64,000 nt of DNA from Candidatus Dojkabacteria bacterium (GTDB lineage Bacteria > Patescibacteriota > Dojkabacteria > J137), in assembly GCA_025999215.1 (NCBI GenBank), contig AP024679.1, forward strand, positions 433,082-497,081, written 5' to 3'. Positions 18,868-29,886 of this stretch are shown one piece after another; position 1 is the first letter of the stretch, and every line of letters begins with the position of its first letter. A program made the translations under genes and the position numbers. The notes below the pieces were generated by a model. The model made no database searches, was not told the DNA's origin, and worked only from the letters and a program-made list of their open reading frames with translations.

Positions 18868-21426
18868 TTATTTTTGTTGCAACATCAAATTGATTGTTTT
18901 CTTTTGAACAATGATAGCTAGTAATCCTATCAAAGTTAGGATTTGAATATAGATATAGTAATAAATGCTTATAGGAGTTATGTTGTAATAACTACTTACT
19001 GGAAAAAAAGTACCTAAAAGAATAGCCAAAATGGTTATAACCCATGAAGTTTTTAGTAGTTTAGGTTGGAGTTTAGATAAAACTAACCTTAAAAACAAGA
19101 AAAGTACAAAACTTCCAATGTATGTTGTTAGGGCTGTTAAAATAAATCTATCGCTACCGATGGGATGTTTGATGATTGGTAAGAATGTAAACAATGCTGA
19201 ACCTACCACCCCAACTCCATACATCAGAATTAAAACTGGTAATTTAGTTAATTTTCTACTTTCCCAAAATGTTATTGCAACAAACAATAAACTAAAAGCC
19301 ATATAGCACATTGTAAGTGCGGTGTTAAAATCAGTATTTTCCACCTCATTTGGCAGATCGTTCAGTTTTAAAATAACATAAAAAAAAGAAATCAATGTAC
19401 CTAAAACAATGCTTGATGGCACTGATGACAAAAAAACATCGTGCATAAATTTTCCAGAATTTACAACTGCTTCTCTAGTAAAACTTACAATGTAACTTGG
19501 GACTGAAGATGCAAAAAAACCAAAAAGAAGAGTTGAGGTTGGGAAAATAGGTAGTGGTTCTCTGTAAACAAAACTTACAAACATCACTAGCACCATGGTG
19601 ATAATGGATTTAGCTAGAAATATTTTGCTTGCAAATCTCAAATTGAATATTATGTTATTTCCTTCAAAGAAAATCTCAGGAATTTTTCTATAATCATTTT
19701 TGAGTAAAACAATATCTGCTATCTCTCGGGTTATTTTAGATCCACTCTCCATAGCTATACCAACATCCGCTTTTTTCATTCCCAACACATCATTTACACC
19801 GTCACCAACCATTGCAACTTTGAGTCCTTTTTCTTTAAGCTGTTTTATGATCGATAATTTATCTTCTGGTCTTGCTCGCGCAAATACTTGTTTTTCTAGA
19901 GCTAATTCTTCAACTGATAATCTCGTTTGACTTAAATCAACTACTTTATCTGTTGAGATGCCTATTTTTTCAACTATAGATTGAACAGAGCTTAAACTAT
20001 CTCCAGAGATTACTTTTAACTCAATATTTTGTTTTTGTATTTTTTTAATGATTTCTCTGATGCCTGGGTTTAAACTTTCTTCAAATGCAAAAATCATTAC
20101 CTGATCCGTGGATTTAAATTCATTTAGTTTTGCGTGTTCATTAAACTGAAAATACAACCCTAATAAAATTCTCAATCCTTTTGATTCATAATTTGCTAAA
20201 ACTTTTTTTACCTCTTCTCTTGTTTTGGGTGAGATCCATTTTTCTAAAACATTTGGAGCGCCAAAAATTATTCTTTTATATCGTTCACCAATTTCAGCTT
20301 GGATTAAGCTAAATTTGTTTTTTGATGTGAATGGTATTTGTTCAAAATTGTGATAATCTTCACTCTCATATGAAGAAAAAATTTGTTCTAGAATTTCTTG
20401 CGTCTTATTTTTTCCAAAAATTTCGTGCGATACTGAAATGTAAAATTTACCTATTTCTTCTTCACCTACATTGAAAAAATTTTTATCAAACAGTTTCATT
20501 TCATTCGTGGTAATTGTACCTGTTTTATCCATACATAAAACATTAATCTTGGCCAACTCATCAATTGCTCCTTTTTTTTGAATTAAAATTCCTTTTCGTG
20601 ATAATTTAGTTACAGAAAGTGAGTATGTTAAAGTAAACAGAAAAATTAATGATTGAGGAATAATTAAAGCAAGAATTGATGTTACAGCTAAAACTTTTTG
20701 TTGATTGGAGAAATCTCCCGAGTTTGAAAGGATAAAATTTGTTACAGCTGAAACAAACCCCATGAGGGCTAAAAGAAGTGCTATAAAATTTCCTATTTTT
20801 TCAAGCTCACTTCTTGTTTGTTTAAAGCTTGTAGCTTCTGTCCCAAGTCTGTTAAGATAATTTTGTTTTCCAACATTTTGAACTTGATAGATTATTTCTC
20901 CGGTTACCACAAAACTTCCAGACAAAACTTCATCTCCAACTTTTTTTATAATGTAATCAGATTCTCCAGTTAACATTGACTCATCAATTTGAAGTAGTTT
21001 TTCATAAACTACTACTCCATCAGCAATAATTCCTTCACCTTCTCTAGCAAGAATTAGGTCATCTATCACAATTTCGCTTGCTGGTATTTCTTTAATTTTA
21101 CCATCCCTGATAACTTTTGCTGTCCTCTGAAATTCTTTTTTTAGTTCTTCAAGTCTTTTTTTGACTCTGATTTGATCCCAAACTCCGAAAGCAGAATTAA
21201 TTATCACAAAACTAGCAAAAACTAAAACTTCCTTCCAAAGCGAAAAAATAGCAAGAGCAGTAATTACGCTGATTAAGATTAGGTTGATAAAATTAAAGTA
21301 GTTTCTTCTAATTATAGTTAATGTAGAAGGAGAATAAGAATCTATAATTTCGTTAGATAGTCCAAGTTTTTTTTGCTTACTAACATCATTTTCACTTAAA
21401 CCTTTGAGATTATACCTATTGATCAT
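18868..21426 (-). CDS. P-type cation-transporting ATPase.
   Basis: It has the DKTGTIT phosphorylation motif, GDGVNDVLGMKKADVGIAM, and 8-10 TM helices. The length is 852 aa. Confidence 0.85.
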   Translation of the reverse strand: MINRYNLKGLSENDVSKQKKLGLSNEIIDSYSPSTLTIIRRNYFNFINLILISVITALAIFSLWKEVLVFASFVIINSAFGVWDQIRVKKRLEELKKEFQRTAKVIRDGKIKEIPASEIVIDDLILAREGEGIIADGVVVYEKLLQIDESMLTGESDYIIKKVGDEVLSGSFVVTGEIIYQVQNVGKQNYLNRLGTEATSFKQTRSELEKIGNFIALLLALMGFVSAVTNFILSNSGDFSNQQKVLAVTSILALIIPQSLIFLFTLTYSLSVTKLSRKGILIQKKGAIDELAKINVLCMDKTGTITTNEMKLFDKNFFNVGEEEIGKFYISVSHEIFGKNKTQEILEQIFSSYESEDYHNFEQIPFTSKNKFSLIQAEIGERYKRIIFGAPNVLEKWISPKTREEVKKVLANYESKGLRILLGLYFQFNEHAKLNEFKSTDQVMIFAFEESLNPGIREIIKKIQKQNIELKVISGDSLSSVQSIVEKIGISTDKVVDLSQTRLSVEELALEKQVFARARPEDKLSIIKQLKEKGLKVAMVGDGVNDVLGMKKADVGIAMESGSKITREIADIVLLKNDYRKIPEIFFEGNNIIFNLRFASKIFLAKSIITMVLVMFVSFVYREPLPIFPTSTLLFGFFASSVPSYIVSFTREAVVNSGKFMHDVFLSSVPSSIVLGTLISFFYVILKLNDLPNEVENTDFNTALTMCYMAFSLLFVAITFWESRKLTKLPVLILMYGVGVVGSALFTFLPIIKHPIGSDRFILTALTTYIGSFVLFLFLRLVLSKLQPKLLKTSWVITILAILLGTFFPVSSYYNITPISIYYYIYIQILTLIGLLAIIVQKKTINLMLQQK

Positions 21427-21461
21427 AAAAAAATAATTACCTTTTAATCATATCAAATATA

Positions 21462-22037
21462 TCAAGATTTCCAAATTTCTTCTTCAAAATTAGTTTTAAA
21501 ATTTACGTATCTTGCAAATACAAACAACCAGTCCGAAAGTCTATTTAAATACGCTCTAATTTCAGGAATATTTTTTTTGAATGTTGGAGTTAATAATTTT
21601 TCATCAAGTAAGTCAAGTTCGAGAGTGTATGAAACGAATCTTCTTTCAGCTTTCCTACATATTGCTCTACATACGTGAAGTCTTGATCCGAGTTTGTTGC
21701 CTCCTGGCAGAATAAAATTTTTAAGAGTTGGAAGATTAGAATCCATTTCATCAATTGATTTTTCAATTTTTTTTGTAAGTTCATTCAAATTTATTTCTAG
21801 CTCTGCCCCAACAACTATAGCACCAATTGAAAATATACTACTTTGAACACACATCAATAATTCATCAAATTTTAAAAATTCTTTGAAATTTTCTTTCAAA
21901 ATTTCTCTTACAACTCCTAAGAAAGCATTAAATTCGTCAAGAGTTCCAATCAATTCTATAGTGTCACTTGCTTTGGATATTCTCCCCTTCACAACCGATG
22001 TTTTGCCATCATCTCCTGTTTTGGTGTATATTTTCAT
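21462..22037 (-). CDS. ATP:cob(I)alamin adenosyltransferase, PduO-type.
   Basis: The N-terminus MKIYTKTGDDGKTSVVKGRISKASDTIELIGTLDEFNAFLG matches the PduO N-terminal signature. Confidence 0.75.
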   Translation of the reverse strand: MKIYTKTGDDGKTSVVKGRISKASDTIELIGTLDEFNAFLGVVREILKENFKEFLKFDELLMCVQSSIFSIGAIVVGAELEINLNELTKKIEKSIDEMDSNLPTLKNFILPGGNKLGSRLHVCRAICRKAERRFVSYTLELDLLDEKLLTPTFKKNIPEIRAYLNRLSDWLFVFARYVNFKTNFEEEIWKS

Positions 22038-22096
22038 AAATTTTAAGTAAAAATATAGACAACTTAAATAATTTTTATTAGTATGTTGTTAGGTTA

Positions 22097-24664
22097 ATGA
22101 TACTACAAAAAATTTTTTTTACAATGAAATATTTAAAGTTAACAAAAAAAATATTCACTACAGTTTTGGTTTTTGGCATTTTTGGATTGGTTTTGCCTTC
22201 TATTTGGAGTGTAAATGCTATAGTAGATGTGCCTTTAGAGACTTACTCGAATACGCAGACAGAGGTAATTAAACCTACACCATCAATGAATGGTTTGTTT
22301 TGTTTTGTTCCTGCTGAAGTTAATCAAGCACTCTATGGATGTCCTATAGTTACAAGTTGTGGTTTCTTTAGTGATTTAATGTCTGTTGGTGAGACTGTTC
22401 TTTCTGGTACTACCTTTTTTAACACAGCATGTGATGCAACTAATGGAGATTCACAATTTAATCCTAATTCAGGAATTGGTTTAAATCACGTGGCATTAAA
22501 TGGTATTGATACTTTGTTAAACTTAAGACCTGTAAGTGGTGTAGATTATATTAACCAGAATGTTTATGCATTATCAAAGTTGGGTAACGTGAGCGCACAA
22601 GATGGTGGTAGGGTGCTTCCATATTATCCTGGACTTGGTTATCAGTTACAGGCACCAATGCAAGCTTTTTGGGGCTGGTCCGTTAATATAGTTTATGGTT
22701 TTTTGATAGTTTTGATAATTGTTGTAGCACTTGCAATAAGTTTCAGGCAAAGATTAGGCGGTAGCGCTGTTGTTACTTTACAAAATTCTATCCCAAATAT
22801 TGCTCTTGCTATGATTTTAGTACCACTCAGTTTTGCAATTACTGGTTTGTTTATTGATGCTATAACTGTCGGTTCGAATGTTGTTCATGGTTTTCTATTG
22901 GGACCTGGATCACCAGGTAGGGTTGTTATAGAAGGCGATGAAAACGATCGGCCCTTTAGTAGGGATCTATATCCAGATGATCCTGATTTACAGTTGTTAC
23001 AAGGAAGTATTGGAAACCCATTGGAATTATCTATTGAGGGTGGTACGGTTGGAGATGCTGCTTTTGATATTATTATTGGAGATAAAGGCACCACGAGGGA
23101 TGCAATTGATAAAGGTTTGTTAATTTTTTCTCCACTTTTTCCATTTGCAGCTATAACTATACTACTACAAGGTATATCTCAAATTCCAGTTGTTGGTGAA
23201 AGAACTACTTCTAGTATTTCTGAGTTGTTTGGTTTTGGCAGTGAGATTCCGCAGTTTGCAGCTTCGTGGTGGATAGGCCAATTTTTCACTTTATTTATGA
23301 ATATAATATTCTTTTTCACAGGTTTACGAATTTTATGGTTATTATTAAAAAAGTTTTTTGTTTTGATGATATCGCCTGTATTTTCTCCTTTTGTGTTTGC
23401 AACTATAGCAATTCCTGGAGTAGGTATGAAAAATGTTTATTCTTTTTTGAAATCACTAGGTGCTGTTTCAATATTTTATATTGTTGCTTATTCTATGATT
23501 TTGTTGGCAAATATTATTGGTAATATAAAATTTGTACAAAGCATAGAGCAACAATTTCAAGTTTCAGGTTATGTACCTCCATTACTAGGATTTAGTGGCA
23601 AATTTATTGAATTATCGGAAAAAATAATTAGTAGTGAAGGTACTGAAACTGGAGTCAATGCTTTAGTTTACTTGGTTATGTCTAGTGTTGCGGTTGTCAT
23701 CTATTTATCTATTCCAAAAACTCTAAGAGATATTGATAGAAGATTGGGAACAGATAGATCTATGTTAATGCCTATTTTGCAAGATACTATTCAGAGCGCA
23801 AGAGATTCTCTTGGAATTGGTAGAGAGTTAGGGTTATATGGTGCCAACTTAGCTGCGAGCGCCTACAATAGGTTTGCAGGTGTGGAAGCAGGGCAACCTG
23901 GAAGTGCGCAATACAGGTTTAGAAGATTTTTTTCTAACTCTTTGAATAGGTTAGATTCTCAATCAAATGATCCAAATAGGAGTTTTTTGGGTAGAGTTGC
24001 ATCTAGGTATGATAGGTTTGTAACAGGTCAAGTTGCTAGAGCTTTAGGTGTAACACCGCAAGGTTTTGATGAGCAAGGAAGGAGGTTGCCTGCTTCATTT
24101 AAGGTTCAATTTGTTCCAACTAAGTATGTAAATGAGTTTGGAATTATAACTTTTCCAAACTCATTCATTCAAGAAATATGTCAAGCAGCTACAGATGTTG
24201 GATCTAATAAATGGTCAATTGAGGGTTTTGTGATAATGAAGATAACTGCTGAAAATGCTGAGTTACCTTTTACATTTGATACAAATTCTGTTAGTATTCA
24301 AGAAGCAGTTAAAGCACCTGATGGTGCAACAGACATACCATCAGGTAAAACGGATACTCAAAGGTTGTATAAAGAGAAAGTAGATATATTTGGTGTGAGT
24401 AAAGCAACTAAAGGGGCTTTGTCCATTCAGCTGTCACCTAGATCTGCTCCTATGCCAACTGATGGTAAATCTGCAGGTATATTGTTTGATTTGGTTATAA
24501 ACGATGTAAGGAAATTGTTTGGATGGGATGGTCAAAAAATTGTAAAAGGGGACGCTATTATTTCAACTGTTTCCTCTGTCGTTATGTCGGACAAGATTTT
24601 CTTTGTTTTTAGGGATGGTGCTGCAGGACCAGTAAGGTTGCAATTGGGCGCAACACCTGATTAA
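22097..24664 (+). CDS. Large polytopic membrane protein of 855 aa. It has a signal peptide, an extracytoplasmic domain and 8 or more TM helices, and tentatively resembles TrbL/VirB6-like channel proteins.
   Basis: The call rests on topology only. Hydrophobic helices are clustered between residues about 190-270 and 340-520, with a long hydrophilic C-terminal domain. No sequence-search support. Confidence 0.4.
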   Translation: MILQKIFFTMKYLKLTKKIFTTVLVFGIFGLVLPSIWSVNAIVDVPLETYSNTQTEVIKPTPSMNGLFCFVPAEVNQALYGCPIVTSCGFFSDLMSVGETVLSGTTFFNTACDATNGDSQFNPNSGIGLNHVALNGIDTLLNLRPVSGVDYINQNVYALSKLGNVSAQDGGRVLPYYPGLGYQLQAPMQAFWGWSVNIVYGFLIVLIIVVALAISFRQRLGGSAVVTLQNSIPNIALAMILVPLSFAITGLFIDAITVGSNVVHGFLLGPGSPGRVVIEGDENDRPFSRDLYPDDPDLQLLQGSIGNPLELSIEGGTVGDAAFDIIIGDKGTTRDAIDKGLLIFSPLFPFAAITILLQGISQIPVVGERTTSSISELFGFGSEIPQFAASWWIGQFFTLFMNIIFFFTGLRILWLLLKKFFVLMISPVFSPFVFATIAIPGVGMKNVYSFLKSLGAVSIFYIVAYSMILLANIIGNIKFVQSIEQQFQVSGYVPPLLGFSGKFIELSEKIISSEGTETGVNALVYLVMSSVAVVIYLSIPKTLRDIDRRLGTDRSMLMPILQDTIQSARDSLGIGRELGLYGANLAASAYNRFAGVEAGQPGSAQYRFRRFFSNSLNRLDSQSNDPNRSFLGRVASRYDRFVTGQVARALGVTPQGFDEQGRRLPASFKVQFVPTKYVNEFGIITFPNSFIQEICQAATDVGSNKWSIEGFVIMKITAENAELPFTFDTNSVSIQEAVKAPDGATDIPSGKTDTQRLYKEKVDIFGVSKATKGALSIQLSPRSAPMPTDGKSAGILFDLVINDVRKLFGWDGQKIVKGDAIISTVSSVVMSDKIFFVFRDGAAGPVRLQLGATPD

Positions 24665-24674
24665 GGAAGTTTAC

Positions 24675-25691
24675 TTATTTAGCTCCAGCTCCTCTTAACC
24701 TATTAATCAATCCCACGACACTAGTTGGGTTCCTTTTGTCTCCAAAAAGAGCTTCAAAAAAGGTCCCTCCTAACGCACTTGTAAATTTACCGACATTGCT
24801 ATGAACTGGATTAAAAAGTGGCCTGGGCTTACTACCTTGTTCGAGTATATCCTTTATTGTTCTTGTATCTCCAAAAAAACTTGCAAAAAGACGAATTGGA
24901 AAAAGTTTTCTATTTTTTGTATACAAATAATTAACAGGTTTGTTTTTTCCTAGAGTTTGATACATATTACCTTCTATGTATGTTTGTGACTCCAAGCGAC
25001 TGCATGTTTTAAAAATTTTTTCAAAATACCTTATTTTTCTGTTTGGAATAGGGCGATTAAATTTTTTTGTAACAAGAAAACTATGAAAATCAGGATCTTT
25101 TGATTTTATTTTTTCAAGGAGCTCTATACGTCCTTGTATACTTTGTAGTTGCCTTTCTATAGGTAAAATTTGATTTAAGAGTGATTTTGGTAAACCATAT
25201 TCTTTTCGGAGCTCTTGTAAGACCCTTCTTCTTGCTTGCTGTTTAGACATAGCATTATTTGTTCCTAGTGTTTCAATTACTCTTTTTTCAAAAAAATTTT
25301 TTAAAGATTCTAAATCATTAGCTCTTTGTGCCTGATCGGTAGGGGTGGTAGTCGTTTGCTGTCCATTTGTAACATTTGGATTGTTTGTTTCAGTTGATGA
25401 TGAGAGTTCTTGTAATTTTTGATTAAGTCTTCCTATAAATTTATTTATAACATTTTCAACATCACTTGATTGAAGGGATTGTAATTCAGTAACTTCTATT
25501 CCAAGGGTTTGCCCGATCGGTTCAATAATCTCTTTAATGGTTGTAGTCAGCTTTTCGATATTTAGGTTAGCATTTGACTGTAGTTCTAATAGAAGTGCTT
25601 CCAATTCACTTAAAGCTTTATTCAAACTGTTTAAATTTTCATTTGTATTTTCTATTGGCTCGTTCGGTTGGGGTGGAATTGCTGATACCAT
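24675..25691 (-). CDS. Hypothetical coiled-coil protein (338 aa).
   Basis: The N-terminal half is heptad-rich with Q/N/T-rich linkers. No recognised motif. Confidence 0.45.
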   Translation of the reverse strand: MVSAIPPQPNEPIENTNENLNSLNKALSELEALLLELQSNANLNIEKLTTTIKEIIEPIGQTLGIEVTELQSLQSSDVENVINKFIGRLNQKLQELSSSTETNNPNVTNGQQTTTTPTDQAQRANDLESLKNFFEKRVIETLGTNNAMSKQQARRRVLQELRKEYGLPKSLLNQILPIERQLQSIQGRIELLEKIKSKDPDFHSFLVTKKFNRPIPNRKIRYFEKIFKTCSRLESQTYIEGNMYQTLGKNKPVNYLYTKNRKLFPIRLFASFFGDTRTIKDILEQGSKPRPLFNPVHSNVGKFTSALGGTFFEALFGDKRNPTSVVGLINRLRGAGAK

Positions 25692-25884
25692 TTTAATTTA
25701 CTAACATAAGAATTAATAAAACATGCCTGTAATTGTACTAATTTTATCAATTTTTAGTAATAATTAAAAATTTTTTATCAATTATATTTTTGTATTGTAA
25801 AATTTACCTTATAAGACTAAGTATTGAATAGTAAATTATTATTGATATAATTGTTTAATAATTAATCAATATATTTCAAAAGAT

Positions 25885-26424
25885 GTGAACAAATTAACTG
25901 AAATTTCTAATAGGTTTCGAGATAAAAAACTTAATGAGGTAACTAAAAAGTTAGCTAGAAAAGGTTTAGCTTCTGTTACTGGAGGGTCGTCTGAGCTTAT
26001 TCTAAAACTTAGAAATTTTGCAAAAAAACACAAAACTTTATCAATTACCATAGGATTATTTGCTTTTTTATTACCTTTATTACCCTTGTGTTTGCTTTTA
26101 TTTTTACCCCTTTTGTATGGTAATTTGCTTGATTTAGGGTATAGATTTGTAAAAGATAAATTACAAAGTATAATAAAAGATACTTTTTTAGACAGTATTT
26201 TTGGTGCTACATCAGATTTACCAACCTTTGCAGAAAATATTGAAAATGGCCGTTATTCCTGTATTGGTGATACTTATTTATTAGATACTCTTACGGGTGA
26301 AATTGTGAGTTTGTATGATATGTCACAGGAGCTTCAGGTAAATTTGACTTGTTTGCAACCTTTAGAGGTATATTTGGATCTGAAGTCGCAACAAAATATT
26401 AAAAATAGGTTTTTAGACAAATAA
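25885..26424 (+). CDS. Hypothetical membrane protein (179 aa).
   Basis: It has a central Leu/Pro-rich TM hairpin (LSITIGLFAFLLPLLPLCLLLFLPLLYG). Confidence 0.4.
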   Translation: MNKLTEISNRFRDKKLNEVTKKLARKGLASVTGGSSELILKLRNFAKKHKTLSITIGLFAFLLPLLPLCLLLFLPLLYGNLLDLGYRFVKDKLQSIIKDTFLDSIFGATSDLPTFAENIENGRYSCIGDTYLLDTLTGEIVSLYDMSQELQVNLTCLQPLEVYLDLKSQQNIKNRFLDK

Positions 26425-26593
26425 TTTTAAGTAGTTTTTTTTGACAAATTTATTTAGTAGAAAAACTAAGTGGAAATATTAATGGATGCTTACAAAATAT
26501 CATAAAGATTCTTGAGATCAATGATAGTTATAAAAATAACAGATGTGGTATAAACTTTAATTTTAAAAATTAAGTTAAACTAAATTTTGAGGT

Positions 26594-28318
26594 TTAAGTA
26601 TTTTTATTTTCAAAACTTTGAGGCTCATTGTAGGTCGGGGGCGTATAATAATTTGTAGTTATTGTAGTATCTGTAGCTGGTATTTGATATTGTTCCGTAA
26701 TTATTTCACTTTCAGTAGTTTTAATTTCTTCTTCTAATTCATCGGTGTCTCTTCTCCAAAGTGCGTACAGAAACCAAGGCACAAAAAGCAATACCAAAGA
26801 ACTAAAACAAATTAATAAAACTATAAATATTGAGTTTGGATTAATTTCTCGATTAAATAAAATTAAGCTTTCGTGTTTGTTTTGAGATTCTTCTCTCTCA
26901 AGAGGAGTTGGATCAACGCGAAACTGCCAATCAAAACTATTTGCTGCACCGCTTGTGTCACCTATTTCAACTTTTACATTGTGTAGACCTTCTTTTGCTA
27001 AATCTGTTGTAATGATACATCTAAACTCACTTTCGATCACTTCACAATTTTCCGAAATATCTTTTCCATCAAAATAAACTCTGAGGCTTTTCTCATCGAT
27101 GGATGAGTTTTGTGACGGTACTAATTTACCTTCAATTGTTTTTACCTCGGTAACAGTTGAATCTATTTCTGGTTTTACATTTAAAATCAAAGGAATGCTT
27201 GTTATTGTTTCATTTTGGTTTACCACAAACTTAGGAGAAACCTTACTTATTGCTATGCCATTATCAAACTGTACTTTAATTCGTAAGTAGTAAACTCCTT
27301 CACTCAAACTACTTACATCCCAACTAAATTTCCTTTCATTATTTTCAAGCTCAGCAATTTGAAAAAAGGTTTCTAAATTTGAACTATACTCAAGTATTTG
27401 TGATTTAGTTTGAGAATCTGGGCTTATTTCCCATACTATCTCTAGTAAATTATTTTCAATAATTTGGTCAGATTTTGGAGACAAAAATTCTAGAGAAATC
27501 TCAGCTTCTTTCATAGATTCACCATTATCTTGCTCTTCGTTTGGTTGATTGCTGTTAGAATTGTTTTGGCTTTGGTTAGATCCTAAAGATTCACTCACTT
27601 GAGTGTCTAAATTTTTTACGGTCAGTTTAAATTGTTGTTCAACTTCTCCACTTAATCCGTCATCAATTGAAATTATAACAGTGTAAGTGAGTTCACCTTG
27701 AGAAATTGTTGGCGTTTGAATTTTTAAGTTTGAACCGTTTAGTGTAACAAAGCTAGGAGCTTGCTTTATTCGAAAACTAATAGTATCACCATCAGCATCA
27801 AAACCTTCTAGTTTAAAAGTAAATTGCTCATTTTCATTCAAAATTAAATCATTCGGAAATTTTGTGAATGTTGGTAGTTCGTTTTGATTAGTGATTGTAA
27901 CAATTCTGGAGTTACAAACACTGTAGTAATTTTCGTTTTGGAGTTGTAAGCAAATTCTTAAACAATAATCTCCATCATTTAAATTGTTTGTGAGTGTTGA
28001 ATTTGTATTCCATGTTACAGTGTAGGGATCAGTTTGGCTAGATTGTCCAGTTGATGCGCTAGTTATACTTCCAAAATTTTGTGTGCAATTTTGTGAATCT
28101 AGAATTTCAGCCACAAAGGGGATGTTTTCGTTGTCATCATCATACATTATCCAAGAAACGTTTACTTCTCCTTTTAATTTTTTGTTGGGTGCAGGTTCAA
28201 TAACTTTAAAAACATCATTCACATCAGCTAGGGTGTTTGCTGTCGTATTTGTTTTAAAAAGTAAAAAAACTAGGCCAAGCGCTATAAAGCCAGTTAAAAA
28301 AATTTTGTTAAAATTCAT
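26594..28318 (-). CDS. Surface protein with a signal peptide, Ig-like/He_PIG-type beta repeats and a C-terminal TM anchor.
   Basis: The N-terminus MNFNKIFLTGFIALGLVFLLF is a signal peptide. Repeats are rich in T/S/N with conserved Cys pairs. The C-terminal IFIVLLICFSSLVLLFVPWFLYALWRRD is a TM segment with a positive stop-transfer. Confidence 0.55.
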   Translation of the reverse strand: MNFNKIFLTGFIALGLVFLLFKTNTTANTLADVNDVFKVIEPAPNKKLKGEVNVSWIMYDDDNENIPFVAEILDSQNCTQNFGSITSASTGQSSQTDPYTVTWNTNSTLTNNLNDGDYCLRICLQLQNENYYSVCNSRIVTITNQNELPTFTKFPNDLILNENEQFTFKLEGFDADGDTISFRIKQAPSFVTLNGSNLKIQTPTISQGELTYTVIISIDDGLSGEVEQQFKLTVKNLDTQVSESLGSNQSQNNSNSNQPNEEQDNGESMKEAEISLEFLSPKSDQIIENNLLEIVWEISPDSQTKSQILEYSSNLETFFQIAELENNERKFSWDVSSLSEGVYYLRIKVQFDNGIAISKVSPKFVVNQNETITSIPLILNVKPEIDSTVTEVKTIEGKLVPSQNSSIDEKSLRVYFDGKDISENCEVIESEFRCIITTDLAKEGLHNVKVEIGDTSGAANSFDWQFRVDPTPLEREESQNKHESLILFNREINPNSIFIVLLICFSSLVLLFVPWFLYALWRRDTDELEEEIKTTESEIITEQYQIPATDTTITTNYYTPPTYNEPQSFENKNT

Positions 28319-28354
28319 GCCTGATTATAGCAGTTTTTACTACAAATTTGCAGA

Positions 28355-29797
28355 TCAATCTAATTCTCCTGCACTATCTATCAAAATTTGAACATCGTTT
28401 TCGGCAGAAGATATTGCGCTCGAACTTGCATTCTTATCAATTAATTCTTTGAAAATTTCCTTAACTTGCAAACCCTTTACTTGACGCCAAGTTTTCGCAT
28501 GCGGCAAAGATTCATTGTAAATTTTTAAGTAACTATCACTTTCAAGTTCATTTGACATATCAAGCCTTGGGTAAAGAATTCCAAAGTCATACCCGTAGAA
28601 ATTTTTGATGTTATCACTAAGTTTTTTTAACTGCTGAGGCTCACTCATCCAGCTTAAGAAATCCCAAGCAACAGTTGAGTACGGTCTTGAGTTTGATACT
28701 ACTACCCCCCAGTAGTCCGTCCAATTAATTACAGGTTCATCTTGTCCTTGCAGTTGAGGAACTTGAGATATGCCAATATCCAAGCCTAAATCGTACTGTT
28801 TATTGTAAAAAAGTATGTCTCGCAATCTCCAACTTGGAGCATAAATCATTGCAGTTTTGCCTTCTAAGAAAGTTTTAGCATCGTTATCAAGGTTTGGACT
28901 CCAAGTTTGAAATTCATTTGTAGTAAAACTTTTATAAAAAATTATAGCATCAAGCGCATCTGGATCAGTTGAAAAAGTTGCATTACCATTTACATCTGTA
29001 AATTCTACCCCATTTTGTGCAAACAAAGTAAAAAGTAGTTGTGTTGGAAAGCTTACATTTTGAGAAGTTCCAGCAGCGAAACCAGCTTGAGTGATGATGT
29101 CACCATTTTTTTTGGTTAGATTTACTGCCACATTTCTAAATTCAGCCCATCCTGTTGGTGGAGCACTAATAGCGCTTTGTTGTAAAAGATCTTTGTTATA
29201 AATGATTGCAAAAGTGTCCATCCAAAGAGGAACCCCAATCACTTGACCGTTTGGTGCAAAATCGCTTACCACTGCTGGATAAAATTTACTTTGAAAAGTC
29301 TGCAAATTTTCTGTCGTGCTAATTCTTACATATGGCACATAATCAGCGGCCCAAGAGTTGTGAACCATAAACATATCTGGAATCTCAACGCTATTTCCAG
29401 ATGATATAACCCTATTCAATTCGCTATTGTATTGTTGCTCAGCGTTCTCAAATTTCCCACCGGGCCACTTATTGACATATTCAATTGTTACATTAGGCTT
29501 GATTGATTTATAATCGTCAAGCAGCGGGTTAACTACTTCTTCATCCACAAATACACCCCACCATTGTAGTACAACTGGGTCTGCATTAGCTGAATCAGGG
29601 GTTGAATTGTTTGATGAATTATTTGATCCAAGTAGTAAAAATATTAGTAAGATAAAGAGTATTATACCAATTACCACCAAAATTAATACCGCGAAGTTTT
29701 TGTTAGATGGAGGTTTAGAGCTTTTTTGCGTTGTTTCTTCGTAACTAAATGAAGGGTTAGCATACCCATAGGTTTGTGTTGTATAAGCATCTGCCAT
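28355..29797 (-). CDS. Extracellular solute-binding protein (ABC transporter family 1, sugar-type), membrane-anchored. No adjacent permease or ATPase genes.
   Basis: It has an N-terminal TM anchor, the LQWWGVF motif and an overall MalE-like length and composition. Confidence 0.6.
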   Translation of the reverse strand: MADAYTTQTYGYANPSFSYEETTQKSSKPPSNKNFAVLILVVIGIILFILLIFLLLGSNNSSNNSTPDSANADPVVLQWWGVFVDEEVVNPLLDDYKSIKPNVTIEYVNKWPGGKFENAEQQYNSELNRVISSGNSVEIPDMFMVHNSWAADYVPYVRISTTENLQTFQSKFYPAVVSDFAPNGQVIGVPLWMDTFAIIYNKDLLQQSAISAPPTGWAEFRNVAVNLTKKNGDIITQAGFAAGTSQNVSFPTQLLFTLFAQNGVEFTDVNGNATFSTDPDALDAIIFYKSFTTNEFQTWSPNLDNDAKTFLEGKTAMIYAPSWRLRDILFYNKQYDLGLDIGISQVPQLQGQDEPVINWTDYWGVVVSNSRPYSTVAWDFLSWMSEPQQLKKLSDNIKNFYGYDFGILYPRLDMSNELESDSYLKIYNESLPHAKTWRQVKGLQVKEIFKELIDKNASSSAISSAENDVQILIDSAGELD

Positions 29798-29886
29798 ATA
29801 GATATACTATCACTATTTTTATAAAGTTTCTAATTTTTTGATTTTTTCTTTTTTGTCTAAAATTTAGTTTTAGTTTAAAATGAGTT

